DNA from: a virus
Taxonomy: Duplodnaviria > Caudoviricetes
Direction: 5' to 3' (one strand)
IMG/VR virus record: IMGVR_UViG_3300020200_003236
Location: 16,938 to 80,937 of that record
Length of the DNA: 64,000 nt
Part shown: positions 39,110 through 49,002 of the stretch, one piece after another
Numbering within the stretch: position 1 is the stretch's first letter
Layout: each line of letters begins with the position of its first letter
Made by a program: the position numbers and the translations under genes
Notes under the pieces: generated by a model
What the model saw: the letters and a program-made list of their open reading frames with translations, nothing else
Databases searched by the model: none
Told to the model about the DNA's origin: nothing

Positions 39110-39217
39110 TTACTTGCCGAGAATCTTATCCATGAAATCTTTGATAAACTGTGGTTGAGATAGGAAATTCCATCCTACAAGCAAACCAGCACCGAAAGCT
39201 ACTGCATACCAAATCAT
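39110..39217 (-). CDS. 35-aa membrane peptide (not in ORF track)
   Basis: Translated by hand: MIWYAVAFGAGLLVGWNFLSQPQFIKDFMDKILGK. RBS AAGGAGG; its TAA overlaps the yqaE RBS. Confidence 0.65.
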   Translation of the reverse strand: MIWYAVAFGAGLLVGWNFLSQPQFIKDFMDKILGK

Positions 39218-39299
39218 ATGAACCTCCTTGAGATTACACAGTATTTATTCGCTTCGCTCCATATTTTTCAACTACATCCACGTCTTGACCCGTTCATAT

Positions 39300-39782
39300 T
39301 CACATCTTGTTTAGTACGAGACTCGAATAGTCAGAACCACCAGTTCTAAGAATGTAGTTGTTTCCAGGCATTTGCAAACTATTACCTAATTCTTGCTCGG
39401 CCTCAGCAGTCTTCTTGAAGAACTTCTTGAGTTCCTTGGCAGTGCTTTCCATGACTTTTCTTGCAGCCTGATCTTCATTGATGTTGTCGCTCATAAAATC
39501 GCTAAACATATCTTCTAGGTTCAACGAATAAGCTGTGCCATAAGGATGTGTGTCTGATTCTTTTTGTACTCGGTAAGCCAAAGTATTCCCAATCTCGTAG
39601 ATTCTTATGCCTTCAAAACTTAGGTCTTCTGTGGCTTTCACGAAGATGTACGGTTCTTCCTCTTCCAGAAAGGACTTAACTTCCATCCCGTTATTTTTTA
39701 GCATTTTCTCAACCAGCTTTAGATGCCGTATGGCTTCTCTCTGGCGTCTGTCAATAAATTCTAAAAACTGTTTCATTAGCAA
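39300..39782 (-). CDS. Hypothetical protein
   Basis: 160-aa ORF overlapping the upstream gene. Confidence 0.6.
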   Translation of the reverse strand: MLMKQFLEFIDRRQREAIRHLKLVEKMLKNNGMEVKSFLEEEEPYIFVKATEDLSFEGIRIYEIGNTLAYRVQKESDTHPYGTAYSLNLEDMFSDFMSDNINEDQAARKVMESTAKELKKFFKKTAEAEQELGNSLQMPGNNYILRTGGSDYSSLVLNKM

Positions 39783-41092
39783 GACCTTGTTAGAATTTCT
39801 GGGGCATTAGGTACGCAACGCTGCAATATACGAAGATCACTCGGATTTCCAGTATAAGGAGTTTCCTTCCATACAATTCCTTGGAAGGACGTTGCCGCTT
39901 CTTTCAAGATGTTCTGTTGGGCCGTTAAGAATAGAATTCCGTCGATTTTTTCCAAAAAATCGTGTTCCTCTTTCTGCGGCTTGCCATCTTCATCTACTTC
40001 GCCGGTTTCTTTCACAAATTTAATTTTCAAATCAACAAAGGGAATAATTGCCCCATCGTCATCAATCATGGCTTCGGAATTTTCCGATTGCATAGTGCGA
40101 ACAACCAACTTGCCATCGGTATACGCAGCACGCAAAGAAGTCGTTAAGTCCCAACCCAAGGCGTAAATTGTTCCATCTTTGTCAGTGACGTTAATTACAA
40201 AAGCTCTCTTGCGGAAAGTTTCAGCAACGCTTTCCATTACAATTCTTCTGCGAAGCACTTCTTTCTCTTCCGGGGAGCCTTCGTCCAGTCTTCTCTGTTC
40301 TGGTTCAGTCAAATATCTTTCCGGGTCATCCTCTTTGAGACTCCACTTGCCAAGTTCGGTGCGACCCCACTTGTCATTAAAACGAGTGGAGATTCGGATG
40401 GAGAAATCTTTTTCGTTATAGATAACATCTTCGTTGTTGGCACCACTGCCTACCTGCACGCCGCCAATAAGTGACGCAAGGAATTTACGGTGCAAATCGC
40501 CCTTCATGCCCAACAAGCCCTTCAGCTTGATAAAGATGTTGTTGAGTTCTGGCATATTTTGCATTACACTGGTGACGTGATTCACCAAAGATACAGCCGG
40601 GCTATTCTGATCAAGCTCGTCCCGAACTAGCTTGCGAACTTCTTTACAAGCCTTATCAATGTTTGCGTATTGTCTCAAAAACAGAATTTGAAGGTTGTCT
40701 TCTACGAACTTTCTAGGATAAGAATCCAAATCCAAGTCTCGTACCTGACCAATCATGTCAATTAGTTTTTGAACATCCCCTTTAACCGATTCTTTGAAGA
40801 ACGAGTCTTTCCATCTTTCAAAATCCTGCTCGTCCATTTCTTCGGGCATATCAGGAGCTTGCGGATCACCAGAAATATCTGGCATATTTGGGTCTTTTTC
40901 TTCTGCTTCGCCACCCATTTCTTGTGGAGGCTGATTGGCTACGTTTGGATCACCGCCCGGTGGAGCAACAGGAGTGGGAGCAGGGGCACCACCCGGAACT
41001 TCGGGCATTCCCGGCCCAGCCATTGGTGGTTGACCACTTGGCATCATTCCATCGGCTTCAACTAGCCATTCTTCGATTGCGTAATCTTTCAT
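39776..41092 (-). CDS. Hypothetical protein with Pro-rich N-terminus
   Basis: 438-aa ORF, acidic, coupled to its neighbours by overlaps. Confidence 0.65.
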   Translation of the reverse strand: MKDYAIEEWLVEADGMMPSGQPPMAGPGMPEVPGGAPAPTPVAPPGGDPNVANQPPQEMGGEAEEKDPNMPDISGDPQAPDMPEEMDEQDFERWKDSFFKESVKGDVQKLIDMIGQVRDLDLDSYPRKFVEDNLQILFLRQYANIDKACKEVRKLVRDELDQNSPAVSLVNHVTSVMQNMPELNNIFIKLKGLLGMKGDLHRKFLASLIGGVQVGSGANNEDVIYNEKDFSIRISTRFNDKWGRTELGKWSLKEDDPERYLTEPEQRRLDEGSPEEKEVLRRRIVMESVAETFRKRAFVINVTDKDGTIYALGWDLTTSLRAAYTDGKLVVRTMQSENSEAMIDDDGAIIPFVDLKIKFVKETGEVDEDGKPQKEEHDFLEKIDGILFLTAQQNILKEAATSFQGIVWKETPYTGNPSDLRILQRCVPNAPEILTRSC

Positions 41093-41661
41093 TGTTGCCC
41101 CTTTTTCTTAGCTTTATTGACTGCCTCTATTAATGATCTTCGAGTCGAACTTTGACCACCAATATTTATGGTATTATTTTGAGATGCTGCCAAATATTTT
41201 GGAAATGTATCTCTTTCTTTCAGTTTTATTCTGGTTTTCAAGTCAAGTATTTTTGCTGCTTTGTCTGCCAAGTCACTTTTCATTTTCACAAAATTGACGA
41301 GAGCTTCTTTGCTGGCCGATGTTGCGTCACCTTCGTTTATGACCATATCCGCCATGTTATCGATGAATTCATTGATTTGGCTACGATCTTCACGCAACCA
41401 ACCGATTACTTCATCAAAACCGTCTAAAAGTTCTTGATCACCAATCAAGTTAGAAACATCGTCACTTGTCGGAGGTAGAAGTCCTACATTCATCTTTGGG
41501 AGCAACTCATTGAATTCATCATCAGATGGAATAATTTCAGCGACTTGCTCTGTGTTTTCTTCCATATTTAAAGTTTTTTCTTGCTCTTCTATTTTCTCTT
41601 TACCCATAATGTAATATATAGACTTAGAAATCACAGAAAATGATAACTGTGTGAAATACAT
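41089..41661 (-). CDS. Hypothetical helical protein; weak resemblance to T4-type small terminase
   Basis: Helical hairpin followed by QNNTINIGG, reminiscent of the gp16 NNTLFVG tail. Start uncertain. Confidence 0.3.
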   Translation of the reverse strand: MYFTQLSFSVISKSIYYIMGKEKIEEQEKTLNMEENTEQVAEIIPSDDEFNELLPKMNVGLLPPTSDDVSNLIGDQELLDGFDEVIGWLREDRSQINEFIDNMADMVINEGDATSASKEALVNFVKMKSDLADKAAKILDLKTRIKLKERDTFPKYLAASQNNTINIGGQSSTRRSLIEAVNKAKKKGQQ

Positions 41662-41697
41662 TAACCATTAAAAATAACACCACAGAAGTAAGGAAAC

Positions 41698-42171
41698 ATG
41701 GCTAAAACTGAAACAGATGTTTTATTAGAGCACTACAACAGCGTAAATGAATCCATTAAGTCAGTATTCGACCTGACATCTCGTATTGATGAACGGGTTA
41801 AAATGTTGGTGGAACGCCAAGGGGACTTAGAACAACAACTTGATAAGGCAATTGAGAATCAACAACAAATTCTCAATCGAGTTACTGTTTTAGAATCTAA
41901 AGATGCTACTTCCGTTGTTGCGTCTAATAAAATTGATATTCATGACATTAAACAAAAAATTGCTATCATGGAAAACTCTAGCTCTAAAGAAGATATAGAA
42001 GATATAAAACAAAAAATTCACCTCTTGGACTTGAGGGTTGAATCCATAAATATGAGAACTTCCAACCAAGAAGGCCGTTGGGCAAGACTCTTCGACTTAA
42101 TTTTTAAGTTAACCATTATGCTAATAGGTGGTTATCTTTTATTCAGATTTGGTTGGCAGACATTGCCATAA
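41698..42171 (+). CDS. Coiled-coil protein with C-terminal membrane helix (XhlA/holin-like architecture)
   Basis: Long coiled coil then LFDLIFKLTIMLIGGYLLFRFGW; RBS AAGGA. Confidence 0.4.
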   Translation: MAKTETDVLLEHYNSVNESIKSVFDLTSRIDERVKMLVERQGDLEQQLDKAIENQQQILNRVTVLESKDATSVVASNKIDIHDIKQKIAIMENSSSKEDIEDIKQKIHLLDLRVESINMRTSNQEGRWARLFDLIFKLTIMLIGGYLLFRFGWQTLP

Positions 42172-42214
42172 AAAATCGGTTAAAGCCTAAATAATAGTGA
42201 AAAGGAAGGCGTAT

Positions 42215-43717
42215 ATGAAAAATAACTTATTTTCCACATATTATAATATTCGAGAAGAAGCAGGCGAAAAGCCAGTCAGAAACAATGTGACTTCTAGGAT
42301 CAAACTACAGAAAAAAGAAGGCTCAAAAGAATTTTGCCCTTTTACTGTAAATAAAACAACTCATCCAAACTTGAGAATGATCGTCAAAGCATTTGAGGGC
42401 AGCGACAAGATTGGCGTGGGCTATACTACGATTGAAAAAAATAAGGGCGAAGTCGAACCCCAATTAAAGAAGAAAGTTCTTTACTTGGTGGGCGGTGCGG
42501 TTCGTGACCACTTGAAGGGTAAGACCCCTCGAAATTACGATCTTGTAACTAACGCTACGCCCAGCGAAATAAGAATGATTTTGGGCAATGAAGAAAATGG
42601 CTTTACAGAAACAAAGCCGAGAGAAGGCGATCATTCCAGTGACGAAAGATATGCAAAACTTCCCGCTCCCGGCACAAAGAATAAGGTTTTCTACGCTTCT
42701 CGCTGGGACAAGCAAGGCAAAGAACTCGAAGTAACCGTCGAAGTTAATGGCGAAAAATTCGAGCTTGCCACAATGTCCAAAGGCTCAAAGAGCCGCCGAG
42801 TCACACCAGAAAAAGGTGAACCCGCATCTTCAGTAGAAGAAGACGCAGAAAATCGTGACTTTACCATCAATTCCTTGTATATTCCCCTTACAACATCTGA
42901 TGGCGATAATAGCGAACTTATTGACCCACACGGCGGTGCCCATCACTTAAAAGGTGGTGAAGTTGTTCCGGTTGGCGACAAATTTGATGACCGTTTGTCC
43001 GAAGACCCATCGACAGCACTTCGTTATACAAAAATGGTTTCTAAGTATGGCGACCCAGACAAGATTCCTGACAAACACAAAAATTCTATTGACAAACATA
43101 AAGACTTGGCAAATGTACCGGCTTATCATATCCACAAAGAATTTCTAAGTGGTTTGGAAAATCCAGACGGCGATCCTCGCAAATACTTGAAAATGTTCAA
43201 GAATTTGGGACTTCTTGGCAAGGTTTATCCGGGTGGAGATTTCGATGAGAAAAACATGCCGGAAGGTCTGCGTGGCGACCGCTGGATGGCTTCTGCCTGG
43301 GTTATGAAAGATGGTAAGGCAGATGATATAAAAAGAATCCTTGTTGATAATGGCTGGTCTAAACAAGAAGCAAATGATATTGCGTACCTTGTTCAAATGT
43401 ATCAATGGGCCACAAAAAACAATTTCGACCCAGAAATGTTTTATGATATGAAGAAATCCCCAAGTGGTTTGACCAAGAGCAAAATTCGTGAATTTATGCA
43501 AATGGCAAAAACATACGGACCAGAAGTAGATGCCTTCTTGGGACATGATGATAGCGATATTACTTCTTATGTTGGTGGACAGGGCGACAAAAAATTGAAC
43601 CCAGAATTCGTCAAGATTCTTGGACGTGCCCCACAGGGTGGGGAATTTGAAGGATTGAAAAAATTCCTGTCCACAAAAAGATTCAAAGACTCTCTTAGTA
43701 AACTAAAGGGAAAATAA
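42215..43717 (+). CDS. CCA-adding enzyme / poly(A) polymerase family nucleotidyltransferase with altered motifs
   Basis: YLVGGAVRDHL, NYDLVTNATP, EEDAENRDFTINSLY, LIDPHGG, EDPSTALR. ATG 42215 follows AAGGAAGG (ORF track starts at 42197). Confidence 0.85.
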   Translation: MKNNLFSTYYNIREEAGEKPVRNNVTSRIKLQKKEGSKEFCPFTVNKTTHPNLRMIVKAFEGSDKIGVGYTTIEKNKGEVEPQLKKKVLYLVGGAVRDHLKGKTPRNYDLVTNATPSEIRMILGNEENGFTETKPREGDHSSDERYAKLPAPGTKNKVFYASRWDKQGKELEVTVEVNGEKFELATMSKGSKSRRVTPEKGEPASSVEEDAENRDFTINSLYIPLTTSDGDNSELIDPHGGAHHLKGGEVVPVGDKFDDRLSEDPSTALRYTKMVSKYGDPDKIPDKHKNSIDKHKDLANVPAYHIHKEFLSGLENPDGDPRKYLKMFKNLGLLGKVYPGGDFDEKNMPEGLRGDRWMASAWVMKDGKADDIKRILVDNGWSKQEANDIAYLVQMYQWATKNNFDPEMFYDMKKSPSGLTKSKIREFMQMAKTYGPEVDAFLGHDDSDITSYVGGQGDKKLNPEFVKILGRAPQGGEFEGLKKFLSTKRFKDSLSKLKGK

Positions 43718-43773
43718 TGCAAAAACTTGTTTCTTTTGAAGACCGTATTGAATGAAAACGGCGAGAATCAGTT

Positions 43774-44361
43774 ATGCTTTACCCAGAATCTAACCCTAAG
43801 CGGAGCAACCGTTTAGTGATCTACGACTTCGACGGAACCCTCTTCCGCTCTCCAGACCGGAAAGATGGTTCGACGCTTTACTACGAGGCAACTGGTAATC
43901 GTTGGCCCCATCAGGGCTGGTGGGGCCGGGTTGAAACCCTTATGCCTCCCGTGGTTCCTGACCCTATTCCCGAATCCATGTGGATTCAAGAAGTAGTGGA
44001 CCGTCACCGTCAAGACATAAAGGACGAAAATGCCTTTGTTGTCCTGATGACTGGTCGTCCCTTCAAGAACCGTCGCCGGGTCCGAGAAATTCTGGATACA
44101 CAGAATATTCTCTTCCATCGAGAATATTACCGGGGTATGCCCGGACAGAAGGGGCAAGATACCTTCGATATTAAGGTCAATATCATCGAAGAAGAACTCT
44201 TCCACGATGGCCTGAAATCAGTAGAAATTTTTGAAGACCGACCAGAACATTTAAGTGCCTTTATGACCAAGGCAAAACTCTGGAAGTCATTGATGGGTAA
44301 GCACTTAGAGAAGATTATTATTCATGATGTGCCTAATAATGTACATTATGATGAATTTTAA
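43774..44361 (+). CDS. HAD phosphatase, Swiss-Army-Knife RNA-repair type
   Basis: IYDFDGTLFRSP (DxDxT), GWW, VLMTGR, IFEDRPEH. Confidence 0.8.
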   Translation: MLYPESNPKRSNRLVIYDFDGTLFRSPDRKDGSTLYYEATGNRWPHQGWWGRVETLMPPVVPDPIPESMWIQEVVDRHRQDIKDENAFVVLMTGRPFKNRRRVREILDTQNILFHREYYRGMPGQKGQDTFDIKVNIIEEELFHDGLKSVEIFEDRPEHLSAFMTKAKLWKSLMGKHLEKIIIHDVPNNVHYDEF

Positions 44362-44430
44362 TTTGAAATTTTCGGACGGCCTGCCAACATAAATACGGAT
44401 AACATCCGTGGGTGTTTTTTTGGAGGCCAG

Positions 44431-44805
44431 ATGAAGTACAACTCTTACCAGAAGTTAGTGGCAATTTTGAAGAAAAAATGTCCTCCCGCTTATCCTGTTA
44501 CTGTCAGGAGGACAAAAATTACGAGTCGTCTGGATGGTGACTGCGGGCTGCACAAAAAAAGATTCTTCATTAGAGTAAGCAAAGAATTGAGTGAGGCTTC
44601 GGCAATAGAGACACTATTGCACGAGTGGGCACACGCAATTGCTTGGAACCACTTACACGACTCGATGGATTGGAGTCAGTTTGAGGAAAGAGTACATGAC
44701 GCTTCTTGGGGCGTAGCATACAGCGAAGTGTACCGGGTTTACGAACAATTTTTCTTAAAAGACCCCAACAGCGAAAATAGGTGTGGTAAATTCAAATATA
44801 AGTAA
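44431..44805 (+). CDS. Zincin-like metallopeptidase (HExxH)
   Basis: TLLHEWAHAIAW and a downstream HDASWG. Confidence 0.6.
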   Translation: MKYNSYQKLVAILKKKCPPAYPVTVRRTKITSRLDGDCGLHKKRFFIRVSKELSEASAIETLLHEWAHAIAWNHLHDSMDWSQFEERVHDASWGVAYSEVYRVYEQFFLKDPNSENRCGKFKYK

Positions 44806-44849
44806 TTCAACTTTACTATTTTATAGAAACGGTTTTATATGAGGTAAAG

Positions 44850-45710
44850 ATGGATTATTTTGTTGACTTAGAACAAACACCATTCAATCAATGGCAATTG
44901 GAACTTTTAATCGAGAGCTTCCGCAGACATAATTTGCAGGACAATCTTGTTGTTTGTTTAAATGAATCTGACTCGCAATTTAATATTGAATTTATGATGA
45001 ACATTTATGGTCACAAACGAACCATAGCTCATCGCAATATTGGTAGGGATCGAGGATATGATAAACTAAATTCTTTCTATGGAATAAATTGGGCTTTAGA
45101 AGAAGGGTTGCTCAAACAACCCTTTTATAAAATTCCATTGGATGCTGTTTTATTCGCCCCGCCTCCCCCTACCCCAGATTATCCAATCGTATCCTATCAA
45201 ATTGATCCTATGTTCACACCAGATTTGGTGATGGAAAATACCGATTTGTTTGACAAGAAACAATTGGAAGAAAATTGGCCAAGCGCAGGAGAAATACTTT
45301 ATTTCAACAAATTCCCAGAAATATTCTTCTATCAGTTGGCCGACCTAACTGAAAAATTGGTGTTCCGCCAGATGAGAAAGACTGGCAAGTTTTGGGAATT
45401 AACACACCGTTTGGCTTTCAACCTGAAATTGCAAGAATATGTAGGCAAAGTCCCAATTCAGGGCGTGTATGATTATGAGTCGGATATGTATAGCAATTAT
45501 CCCAAGTATTTCATTCACTATGACAAGGGGTTTATGCCAATCTTTCGCAAAGAAATGTTTGCGTACTCACCGCCAGACTACATTTCTTTTGGAAATCCAT
45601 TCAAGGTTTTAAGCGAAAACTTCCCAAGTGGAGCATTTCATTATATGTCGATACTGGCCAGAAGTTATCTGAGTCGCCAAGCCAGACTACAACAAGAGAA
45701 TAGGTCGTGA
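44850..45710 (+). CDS. Glycosyltransferase resembling HPAT/SERGT1 (GT95/GT96-like)
   Basis: QWQLELLIESF, YDKLNSFYGINWAL, IPLDAVLFAP, FIHYDKG...FRK appear in the same order as the WQ..LL..S / N..W / DxD / IHY...K motifs of that family (recalled, not searched). Confidence 0.55.
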   Translation: MDYFVDLEQTPFNQWQLELLIESFRRHNLQDNLVVCLNESDSQFNIEFMMNIYGHKRTIAHRNIGRDRGYDKLNSFYGINWALEEGLLKQPFYKIPLDAVLFAPPPPTPDYPIVSYQIDPMFTPDLVMENTDLFDKKQLEENWPSAGEILYFNKFPEIFFYQLADLTEKLVFRQMRKTGKFWELTHRLAFNLKLQEYVGKVPIQGVYDYESDMYSNYPKYFIHYDKGFMPIFRKEMFAYSPPDYISFGNPFKVLSENFPSGAFHYMSILARSYLSRQARLQQENRS

Positions 45711-46262
45711 AAACTTGTCCACAACAATTAGCACGTCGTCAGTTAATTTGTTGTGGAAATTTCGCAGATCAACAACTTCAATAGTGGCTCCCCTAGCGTA
45801 AGGTTTTAATCCCTCGACTAATTCTTTAATGTCCATAACATCTTCAATGATATAAGTGCCGCCCACGTTTAATCTTGGGAAAAAAACTTTAAACGCTTGT
45901 ATTTGACTACGCACGGTATGATCGGCATCATCAACGATTATGTCAAATTTTATCATTCCCAATTTTTCTTTGACAATTCCAGCGGTTGTAGGAGCATACA
46001 AATCTATTTCATGTAAAGTCACTCTTCCAGTCGCCTCTTGTTGTTCTTGGTATCTGTTTCTACTCAAGTCTACGTCTATCCCATGAATTTTGGCATTTGG
46101 CAAAGTCTGCGCAAATGCTAAAATGCTAGGACCAAATTGAACTCCCATTTCCAAAAAATTAAAACTACGACCCTGCCATTTCTCTATGAGTTTGTCATAA
46201 TAATGCTCGCCATAAGCGTATGCAGCATTTTTGTCGGTGATTTTGTATTCTGAAAATTTCAT
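45687..46262 (-). CDS. Class I SAM-dependent methyltransferase
   Basis: FLEMGVQFGPS, IHGIDVD, FDIIVDDADH, LNVGGTYIIEDV. Confidence 0.85.
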   Translation of the reverse strand: MKFSEYKITDKNAAYAYGEHYYDKLIEKWQGRSFNFLEMGVQFGPSILAFAQTLPNAKIHGIDVDLSRNRYQEQQEATGRVTLHEIDLYAPTTAGIVKEKLGMIKFDIIVDDADHTVRSQIQAFKVFFPRLNVGGTYIIEDVMDIKELVEGLKPYARGATIEVVDLRNFHNKLTDDVLIVVDKFSRPILLL

Positions 46263-46324
46263 TCCATCCCTTGATTTTGGCTAAATCAATGTTTCAATTG
46301 ATATATAGATCAAGGAGTGAGATA

Positions 46325-46942
46325 ATGAGGAAATATGTAGCCGCTCTCTTTGTTAACAACAAGGCTGTTGTCGGACTCAACCACGGCGATGCCTTCTCGA
46401 AACTTTCTTCTCAAGAGCAAGACGGTCAAATCGAGAGCGGATTTATTGATACCAAGACGGGGAAATTCTTTAGCGATAATATCAAAGTCTATCTAAAACA
46501 AGTTTATCTCATTCGCCACGGAGAAGCCACCGGCCAAGAACGACAATCTAAACTCACAAAATTCGGAATTCTTCAAAGTCACGTTCTGGCCGAAACAATC
46601 TCTAACAAAAATATTTCCGAATTCGAGTTATTTTCAAGCCCCTTTTTACGATGCAAGCAGACAGCAGAAATCATCGAGGAAAAAACGGGGCTTAAATTTT
46701 GCGCCAAAGAAGAGTTGCGAAAGCAAAATATACAAGAAAAACCAGAACGCTTTTGCGAAAGAATGACCACCCTGATCGAAACTCTGCCCGGAAAATCAAT
46801 ACTGATAACTCATAGTGATGTGATTATAAATGTTGTTGCACAAATGGTCGGCACACACGTTGCGAGTATCCCCAATTGCAGCATATCCTATGTTAGTTCA
46901 AAAGAATTGGTTATCTCGCAAAATTCGGGGCGGCAAATCTAG
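46325..46942 (+). CDS. Histidine phosphatase family protein
   Basis: VYLIRHGEA, FSSPFLRCKQTA, LITHSDVI. Confidence 0.85.
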   Translation: MRKYVAALFVNNKAVVGLNHGDAFSKLSSQEQDGQIESGFIDTKTGKFFSDNIKVYLKQVYLIRHGEATGQERQSKLTKFGILQSHVLAETISNKNISEFELFSSPFLRCKQTAEIIEEKTGLKFCAKEELRKQNIQEKPERFCERMTTLIETLPGKSILITHSDVIINVVAQMVGTHVASIPNCSISYVSSKELVISQNSGRQI

Positions 46943-47456
46943 GTGCTTTTTCTAAAGGTCTTGCTTCCTGTGGTTTCTTCTTTAACCACTTGTCTGCCCA
47001 CGGAGTAAATATATCGTCATTGGCATGATAATGCTGATTCCTGTAGAATTGCATCTTTTCTGATCTGGTCCCCTCATGATTTATTTTGCTGACAACTCCC
47101 CAAATGTAATTGGTTGGTAATTCAAAACCAATCATTTGATCTACAAATCCTAGAATGTTGTTCTTTGGCAATTGCTTAAACCATCTCTTGGGAATAAAAG
47201 CCAATACAATTGCAAAATTCCCGGCTCGCTTCATTATCTCAAGCATTTTTTCAACCGACATCTCTTTCATCGTTCCCATAAACTTGTCCCGATGCATTCC
47301 CTCGCCATTCATGTAACCCCAAGCGAGTTGATCGTCGGACTGCCCAGCCATCAAATAATGGCCTTGCTCAAGTCGATGCAATTCATCTACGACCTTCTCG
47401 TACTCCACAGGAGAAGTCTCGTTGAACATAAAATCTTTGAAGCCGTTAAACATCAT
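46911..47456 (-). CDS. Hypothetical protein
   Basis: Start placed at MMFNGFKDF; the upstream part of ORF 46911..47702 overlaps a plus-strand gene. Confidence 0.5.
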   Translation of the reverse strand: MMFNGFKDFMFNETSPVEYEKVVDELHRLEQGHYLMAGQSDDQLAWGYMNGEGMHRDKFMGTMKEMSVEKMLEIMKRAGNFAIVLAFIPKRWFKQLPKNNILGFVDQMIGFELPTNYIWGVVSKINHEGTRSEKMQFYRNQHYHANDDIFTPWADKWLKKKPQEARPLEKAPRFAAPNFAR

Positions 47457-47532
47457 GTCATTATTTAGGACTATACAAGTTCGTTTTTGTGTAGTAGAAT
47501 CCCACAAACTTTTTCCATTCAAGGAGTTTGCG

Positions 47533-48054
47533 ATGCCATCCCCCAATTTCACGGAAAGAAGAAAACCCGAAATCAAGGAAAAGAAATACGTCAAGACGGT
47601 CAGTATCGTCTTGAATCCACAAGATAATGACGGGGAATCCGTCACGCTCGAAGTCGATTTCTTCCACAACGGCGATCCGAAAAATTCGATTTTCACCAAC
47701 ATCCATATAACTTCTGGATGCTACGGGTTTGTTGGGGCAGATTTTCTGAAAGTTCACAGCACCACACAGAGTTTTTGGGGTGTGGGCCTCGAAGCCTTCC
47801 AAAAGGCATTTACGCACATGGAAGAAGTTGCGTATCTTCTGGAAAAATCTGGGAGTACAGAACCAGTTACCGTATTACCACCAGAGGCTCACTGGCGTTC
47901 CGCTTATATTGGACTTGAATCTACACCGGAACGAAAACTGGCCCGTATTAAAGAACTGATCGAAAAATCGCCCCATGACGCAATGTATGGAGACAAGATC
48001 ATTTACGATCTGGTTTATAACATTACTCAAATTGTTGGAGCAAATACGCAATGA
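47533..48054 (+). CDS. Hypothetical protein
   Basis: ATG 47533 preceded by AAGGAG. Confidence 0.55.
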   Translation: MPSPNFTERRKPEIKEKKYVKTVSIVLNPQDNDGESVTLEVDFFHNGDPKNSIFTNIHITSGCYGFVGADFLKVHSTTQSFWGVGLEAFQKAFTHMEEVAYLLEKSGSTEPVTVLPPEAHWRSAYIGLESTPERKLARIKELIEKSPHDAMYGDKIIYDLVYNITQIVGANTQ

Positions 48055-48520
48055 ATATCTTTCTTTCCCATTACTTTCCGATACGACTAGATTGTTCAAT
48101 CATCCAATGGACAATAAAAAGGCTTTGGCTTTTGATATTGTCCGACAATTGCAAGATCGGGATGACGCCCAACTCGCTCAGGAATTTTTTGAGAAGATCG
48201 TCCAACAAAAAAAATTCCTGACGTAATCCCCGAAACTCTTGTGCAGGTAATTCAAAAAAATTCGGAGTTGCAGCAAAATGGCCTGTCGCACCTTACTCGC
48301 CGGTAAGTGTGTGAAGATCAATGGCGTTGTCTGCACAGAGAATCGTGCCGTAGCCAGTGGCGAAATTGTTCAAGTCGTCAAAATAGATTTTGCAAAAGTT
48401 TTGTGAAATCGGGCTTGCTGACTTCTATCGTTTTGTTTAGATTGCTCGCAGAGGTTTACTTTATGCCTAAAAAATCCGTCTTTCGTTGACGGACGGGCGG
48501 ACACCAAACTGGAGAAGAAA

Positions 48521-48976
48521 ATGAAAATGAAGATGTCGTGGATTATTGCTTTGATTTGTGTAGTCTTGGCCTGCTTTTCTGTCTATTGCTATTATACCAC
48601 CAGCCAAGACAATCAAAAGCTGGCACTGAGCAACGTAATTTATGTTGCTGAAAACAGAATCCTCAAAGAAGAAGTTACTACTCTCGGACGTAAACCAACT
48701 TATGAGGATGGATGCCGAGACACAATCATCAAAATGGGCGGGCCGCACTCGCCCGGTGCCTATATGGATGGGTGGCACGCCGCAATCCTTACTCTTGATA
48801 CGAAAGGCTATGCTGACGGTTATCACAACGCCATCCAGCAATTCGGCTACCAAAAGACAAACAATACTCGGTGGTTGGTCGAAGAACCCGTGCCTCCAAA
48901 AGCCCTGCCGGTTAAATCCCAAGAACCGGTTAAATCCCAAGAACCGGTTAAATCCCAAGAAAAAGATAAGAAATAA
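48521..48976 (+). CDS. Membrane-anchored/secreted protein with three 18-bp tandem repeats (VKSQEP)
   Basis: N-terminal hydrophobic helix; ccggttaaatcccaagaa x3 at 48908-48961. Confidence 0.65.
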   Translation: MKMKMSWIIALICVVLACFSVYCYYTTSQDNQKLALSNVIYVAENRILKEEVTTLGRKPTYEDGCRDTIIKMGGPHSPGAYMDGWHAAILTLDTKGYADGYHNAIQQFGYQKTNNTRWLVEEPVPPKALPVKSQEPVKSQEPVKSQEKDKK

Positions 48977-49002
48977 ATAGTAACTCCTAAACATCAAGGC
49001 GT

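Noticed and set aside
1-41661. Bacterial extracellular contractile injection system or tailocin rather than phage
   Set aside because: The giant tape measure, gp2-like DNA end protector, homing endonucleases and dense phage-type small ORFs point to a DNA-packaging phage, although capsid, portal and large terminase genes are not in this window.
44382-44391. TGCCAACATA matching part of the cassette motif
   Set aside because: Only 10 nt, lacks the GGTACA core and the hairpin; consistent with chance.
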